Made by a program: the position numbers and the translations under genes
Notes under the pieces: generated by a model
Databases searched by the model: none
What the model was told of the DNA's origin: nothing
Seen by the model: the letters and a program-made list of their open reading frames with translations, nothing else
Part shown: one piece after another, positions 58,350 through 64,000 of the stretch
Layout: each line of letters starts with the position of its first letter
Position numbering within the stretch: position 1 is the stretch's first letter
Assembly: GCA_051362555.1 (NCBI GenBank)
Contig: CM120646.1
Span: 14,694,001-14,758,000 of the forward strand
Reading direction: 5' to 3'
Origin: Lingula anatina
Taxonomy: Eukaryota > Animalia > Brachiopoda
Length of the DNA: 64,000 nucleotides

Positions 58350-59069
58350 TTCCGTGAATCACTCCAAAGATATGATCCGTTTATTTTGATATTTTTCTGA
58401 TAATGATTCTTCTTCTATATCAATTTATTTTCTGTGTATCGTTATCTTTGACTTCATTTTTTTTGTAATACTTTGATTGTTACCGCCCCCGCCCCCCCCC
58501 CCCCCTCCCCAAACTTCCCTCCATATTACACTGCAACCTTGGTGGTCAAAAATCCCAATAAGCACATCTGAACTCGTGAACTTTCGGGGAGCACAGTAGC
58601 CCCTATCTTATCATAAATTGTTGTATGCTACTTCATACATTAGAGTATTTGTAGTCAGGTCCATAAGTCCGAATGACCTCATAGATAACGTTTTAATTAA
58701 CCTTTGAGGTGATATCATTTCTATATAAATATGTCCCGATAAGGTCCACCGTTATGACAATATAGATAAAATTATGAGTGATGCCACTATATTTGCGTCT
58801 TGGGTGTTTATCACGTGTTAAATACAAACATTTCGTGAGCTAAATAAAAACCACATTCAAGACAGAAAATCACATCCACCTTGTTTCTTTGATTAGAGTT
58901 GTATACTTGCGTTTGATGCAAAAATGGTTACGAAAGATCGCGTGATATAAACTTACTGTATGAAGACGGGTATCCGTGACATGCCAACTTTTATTTTGAA
59001 TACAGTGGAACATTCAGAGATAAATATCGCTCAAATTCTGGAACTTACGTTATGAAATTCAACAACCAA

Positions 59070-59464
59070 ATGACACTAAACCAGGTGACCAGTCCATATG
59101 ATGGGGTGACAAGTCCATATGACACTAAACCAGGTGACCAGTCCATATGATGGGGTGACAAGTCCATATGACACTAAACCAGGTGATCAGTCCATATGAT
59201 ACTAAACCAGGTGACCAGTCCATATGACACTAAACCAGGTGACCAGTCCATATGACACTAAACCAGGTGACCAGTCCATATGATGGGGTGACAAGTCCAA
59301 ATGACACTAAACCAGGTGACCAGTCCACATGACACTAAATTAGGTGACCAGTTCAAATGACACTTAATCAGGTGACCAGTCCATATAACAATTATTGTGG
59401 TGACCAGTCTATATGACGCTAAACCAGGTGACCAGTCCACATGACACTAAATGAGGTGACCAGT
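59070..59464. repeat. Minisatellite: 28-bp unit ATGACACTAAACCAGGTGACCAGTCCAT interspersed with 21-bp variant ATGATGGGGTGACAAGTCCAT
   Basis: About 15 units read directly, degenerating toward the right. Confidence 0.9.
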
Positions 59465-59991
59465 GCATCTACATGTAGGTCATCACTAAGGGCAAGGTCT
59501 CAGGATGAGTCAATTAGTCGTTGAGTTTTACTACATAAGTTCTAGAATTAGTCTGAACTTTATTTATGATGATAATTTTACTGGATGACTCAAAACATTC
59601 ACGCCCATGGGTACATTATTTTAAATAACTGTAACTTGACACACTTACATGTAAGTCCATTTCCAAAAAGATTTAGACACACGTAATGAGGATCAAGAAC
59701 ACATCCATTTTGGATTAATGGAAAATTATCTTCAACTCTTCAAGTCCTTTCATTTGATTAGTCTAAACTCCGTATACTACTGGCCAATGGCAGCAATATT
59801 CAGACAACCATATATAACCCTATGTATCTTCTATTGTTCTAAGCACACCATAGTGATTTTTCAGTGGATATGGAATCAATATATTCTCTTGGGAAGAGAA
59901 TCAAAATAGTAAATGGCCAAACGTTTTGAACGACACTTATTACCACATTCCATGCTTGGTTTGATATATAAAAGCTGTCGATTTCTTTTGC

Positions 59992-59992
<1 letters not shown>

Positions 59993-60038
<46 letters not shown>
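59993..60038. repeat. poly(A) tract (~46 nt)
   Basis: Direct reading of the sequence. Confidence 0.9.
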
Positions 60039-60040
<2 letters not shown>

Positions 60041-60240
60041 GCTCTTCACATCATGTGACTAAATACAAAATCTGCATAGACGGTTTCGTATAAACGTGTC
60101 ATAAAACAAAGTGGTAGGCTAACCCGCTTTGTTGTTAAAAATGTTGCAGAAACGAGCACCGACTTGTAGATTACCAACTTTCGACATTCAGTTTCGTAAA
60201 TCATTCTCCCATCGTTTTCTGGTAATCAACAAGCCTCCAA

Positions 60241-61622
60241 CTATGGGTGATTGAATATTTGATTATCATAGATTGGTTCATCTTCCTCATATTCAGAGTG
60301 AATTCCCTCGTCATCGGGTATGACGTTGTTATAGAGCCTGTTCAGCCACCACTCGTCTTTGCCGCTTCCTTCGCTGTTACGAGATACCATACCGCTCAGG
60401 GCGGCAGCGGCCAGTTGCTTTCTGGAGGATAAAAATAGGGTAATAATGAACACAGGGTGCAGTATGTGTTACAACTTAAATTCTCGTGTTACTACGCCAT
60501 TTTCTAAAAGCCAACAAACAAATATTCGGCCTAATCCGAGACCTTCCTCAGTAATGTTGGGACGATTTATTCAATAATTGTCACATATTTGCGACAATGG
60601 TTGTCTCTGTCCCCTCCCCCCTCCCCCCCCCACCTTGTTCTGGTTCTGGTCCTGTGGTAGACTTAATGGAATACGTGCAAAAATCAATCATTTTTTTACA
60701 TTGTTACTAGTAAACAGGTCAATAACCGTCAGAATGAAGTGGATCTTGACTACAAATGTGACAATTGTGCTGCAACGCAATCTGAAATTAATATGACTGA
60801 GTACTTGGAACATGTATATACATGCAGGTAACATAAATGCCGTGTATGAAGTTTAACAAGGAGGTATTTTGTTGACAATTAACATACAGATGGTCATGAA
60901 AAAATAAAACTTTGGCGTGACGTGAGAGGTCAACGCGTCAGCCTCAGTGCTTACTTTCTGATGACAGCCAGTATGATTAACACCATGGCAACAAGGCAGG
61001 TTCCGGCCACGGCGATAAGGATGATCATCCATGTGGGCCAGCGGTCATCCTCTGAGACCTGTTGAATGGGCGGAGGGTCACCTTTGTCGTCTGGCAATTC
61101 TGCGGTGTAGTCTGGGCTATTTGAAGTGGTGGGTGGGGCACTCACGCTGTACTTTAACCTAAGATACATAATAACTACATGTATAAAGACTACTGAAACT
61201 ACCCTACCTGCGTGTAATTGGTCTTATTGATATTTAATTTATCAATTTGCGATGAGATAGCGAACCACTAGAAGTTCTTTAAAAGGCTAATGTCCTAATA
61301 ACACTTTTAAAAAAGGGTCGTGTAAAATAACATGCAAGTTCTACAACATGAATACAGCGAGGTTGTTATAGGTATGAATTTCACAAGCCACACCTGAAAC
61401 TACCGTTGTTAAGGACGGAGTCCGTCTCCAGTTCCACAATGGCGACGTGGCGCTCTACCTCGATGACGGCAGGGTTGATGTTTTCTGTGCTACAGTACGG
61501 TCCAAAAGTCTGGTTGCTCTCTGGTGTATGGATCCGTACCTGGTCCGACCCTATACAATTCTGAGCAGGGTTGCTGGAGTGGTGAAACTCGTCAAACCAT
61601 ATGTGGAACAGCATAGGGGAAC
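60241..61622 (-). CDS. 3' part of a second CUB-domain type-I membrane protein (5' exons not found, probably beyond the window)
   Basis: Exons 61622-61394, 61158-60955, 60421-60241 in frame: CUB C-terminal half (HIWFDEF...NCIGSDQVRI...GPYC...VELETDSVLNNGSFRLKY), P/T/S stalk, TM WMIILIAVAGTCLVAMVLIILAVI, tail ending LYNN...SEYEEDEPIYDNQIFNHP. Confidence 0.8.
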
Positions 61623-61811
61623 CTATGCAAAGAAACATTCGCACAGCATTTAACACGTTTTAAAATAATGTCCAGTTAAAGAAAATATATTAGCGTTACA
61701 TGAAATAAGGGTATCTTTTTTTTATTATTCAAACATGCATATTGTACTTTGTATTCAAGCGAAAAAGACGGTCGACGATGTAGAGATACGGATACCTGTA
61801 CAGCAGTCTAA

Positions 61812-62305
61812 GGGAGCGTTCAGATAAACCCATCGTACTAGCTGGATCGATCCAAATCCGCAGGGGCTCTGGTTTCAGTGCAGTCAATGTAATCAGCTTA
61901 ATTGTCTGACACGTCTCCTCGACCAGCGTGTGTGATCGACTCTTTCACCCCATTTCCATAGATTTTTAGATCGATCTATCCCTGTGGGGAGTCTCACTAG
62001 ATTACTGTCAGCTTGGCCAGCTTAAGCGTCGGTCCCGCCTACTAAAAGCTGTAAGGGGTAATTAACTATGGTGCCCGCTCAGCTGACTGCAATTTAGCGT
62101 GAACCCCCAGGGAGTTATGTGGATCTAAAACTTAATCCTTAGATCGATCTAAATCTCTGGGAAAGCACCCTTTGAAGCTCTTTCGCCCGAGATGACGTCA
62201 GAAGCGTGTCAGACAATTAAACTGATTACATTGAATGCACTTTAGCGAGAATCGCCAGAGTTGGATCGATCAAGCCAGTACGACAGGGTATATCTGAATG
62301 CGGTC
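61812..62305. mobile_element. Palindromic PIF/Harbinger-type MITE with TAA TSD, hosting a nested MITE
   Basis: GGGAGCGTTCAGATA...TATCTGAATGCGGTC termini, long inverted arms (TCAATGTAATCAG-TTAATTGTCTGACACG), TAA at 61809-61811 and 62306-62308. Confidence 0.8.
61946..62170 (+). mobile_element. MITE copy 2 with TTT target-site duplication (nested)
   Basis: Highly similar to 12659-12890; TTT on both flanks. Confidence 0.85.
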
Positions 62306-62695
62306 TAAGACTCACATGACAACAGTCCCAGACCAAGACCCCAGGAGTTTTAAGTAAGAAAAGTAGGCCCTCACATACAGGGTTACCATTTAATATGGAA
62401 TATTATTTTTTGGCGAGTAAATTTTCTACAAAATATTTAATTTCTCTCTAACTACTTTAAATCCAAAGCTGAGGTGTCACTCCATGTGTAGCCAGGTGTG
62501 TTACCTAATTACCATACAACTCTCGAAACAATTGATGCATGCAGTTGCATGTTCTGTGGTCAGAAATGTGAGGGGTGGTCTTTTCGGCAATTTCTACCCT
62601 TGTATAAAACGCATGGGTTTGGTCAATCTTTGGAGTATGTTTAGAGAAGCAACAAAGGGATCGCTCTGAAACTTTACAGGCGCCTTAGTGAAGAT

Positions 62696-63711
62696 ATGGT
62701 TCGACAGCTAAGCAACGCAGCTTACTATGGGATTCTTGCACTCAGAGAAAATGGCCAGAAACGGACATCCATTCCCAGGTAATTCAACATTTATCAGGAA
62801 CCGTTTGTGAAGTCCTCCAAAGAAATGCTGCGACAGGGGCACCTTATCCAATACCTCGACTAGGGTGTCCGCGTATCACACCAAGAAGACAGGATCGCCT
62901 TCTCCTCACAGGACGCCGTGCTGGTCGTACAAAGACAACCAGTGTCCTCAGAAAAGAGAGGAGAAAGTCATTCAAACGCCCGTTTCAAGGTCCCTCGTGA
63001 ACAAGATATTACTGCAAGCCGGTTATTTTGCACGAAGGCCAGTAGGGAAACCACTGTTAACATATACAGCGACGTCTGCAATGGGCTGGGGACCACGTGC
63101 GTTTGCAGCCAAAACACTGGAATCACGTCGTTTTCAGTGATGAGGCCAGATATGGATTTTTTAGGGTTGATCGTCGAATCCGTGTCCACCGACGTGTACG
63201 AGGGGAATAAAACGATGATTGTGTACTGCCTAGGGTGCAAGCAGGGGATGGTAACGTCTCTGTTTGGGGAGCATTTCATGTCGGTGCCCAGAACCAGTTG
63301 GTTTTTCTAGGAGGCAACCTCATCCAGGATTCCTACAGAGACATTCTACAGCAAACAATGCTTCGATTGGTAAGAGTCATCTTCAGGAACAACTTTGTGT
63401 ACCAAGACGACTGCGCAACCCCACATCGAGGCCGCAGAATCACTGTTTTTCTTCAAAACCAATGGGTTCAGCAACTGCCCTGGCCTGCAAACTCTCCAGA
63501 TATGAACCCAATTGAAAATCTGTTGGCGGCAGTAATTCACAGAATTAATAGCTATGGTCCTAGGCCGGTAAATTGTGATGAACTGCGACAGGCAAATATC
63601 ACTGCGTGGAATGATATCTCTACCCAAACTCTAAAAAACGTGTCACAGGGTATGCCAGGTAGGATGAGGGCGCTGCAAGCGGCTGCTGGAGGTCATACCC
63701 GCAATTACTGA
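62696..63711 (+). pseudogene. Decayed Tc1-like (DD34E) transposase
   Basis: ATG at 62696 followed by stops/frameshifts; fragments GYFARRPVGKPLLT, VVFSDEARY, GNVSVWGAF, YQDDCATPH, WPANSPDMNPIENL (34 residues between the catalytic D and E), AAGGHTRNY. Possible left end TA-CAGGG near 62378; right TIR not found in the window. Confidence 0.9.
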
Positions 63712-64000
63712 CTTTTCATGATTAATTGTAGTGAGATCTTTGATTGTGTAAGATATCACTGTCCGGAGGCTATCATTTTCTTTAATATCTTATCTTAAAG
63801 TTTATAATGACATCAAACTGTTGATATGGTTTTCTGGGGGTGTTCCTTTCCTTTGAATGGCATCTTATGTCAGATTTGATATTATTGACCAAAATATCTC
63901 ACAACAGAAGACTGGATGTTATTATTACTCAGTGACATACATTTTTAATGACTCAAGCCCAAAAAATTTAAATCAGCACTCAAAAATAACAATGATAAAA

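Noticed and set aside
59070-59464. CRISPR-like appearance of the 28-bp repeat array
   Set aside because: No unique spacers, no cas genes, eukaryotic context; it is a minisatellite.
62378-64000. Active Tc1 element
   Set aside because: Transposase carries stops and frameshifts, and no matching right TIR is visible in the window.

Overview
AT-rich, intron-rich animal genomic DNA; by inference a marine invertebrate, probably a lophotrochozoan. No prokaryotic features, rRNA, tRNA or CRISPR array were seen. Manual splicing at GT-AG boundaries with consistent phases gives, in order: a possible 5' end of a minus-strand gene; a complete 4-exon fatty-acid-binding protein gene; an amidated neuropeptide precursor (SIFamide/FFamide-like); a 20-exon VWDE-like protein ending in a C-type lectin domain; a 5-exon secreted cystine-knot protein; a 30-exon type-I membrane protein; a multi-CUB mucin-stalk membrane protein; the 3' part of a second CUB membrane protein; and a decayed Tc1 transposon. 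MITEs, LINE fragments and satellites are interspersed. The most notable item is the 30-exon gene, whose MAM/SRCR/LDLa/CUB ectodomain is joined in frame through a TM helix to a cytoplasmic U-box, i.e. a candidate receptor-type ubiquitin ligase. It lies 0.76 kb downstream of the candidate cystine-knot ligand gene. All gene models are hand-derived and need RNA-seq confirmation.
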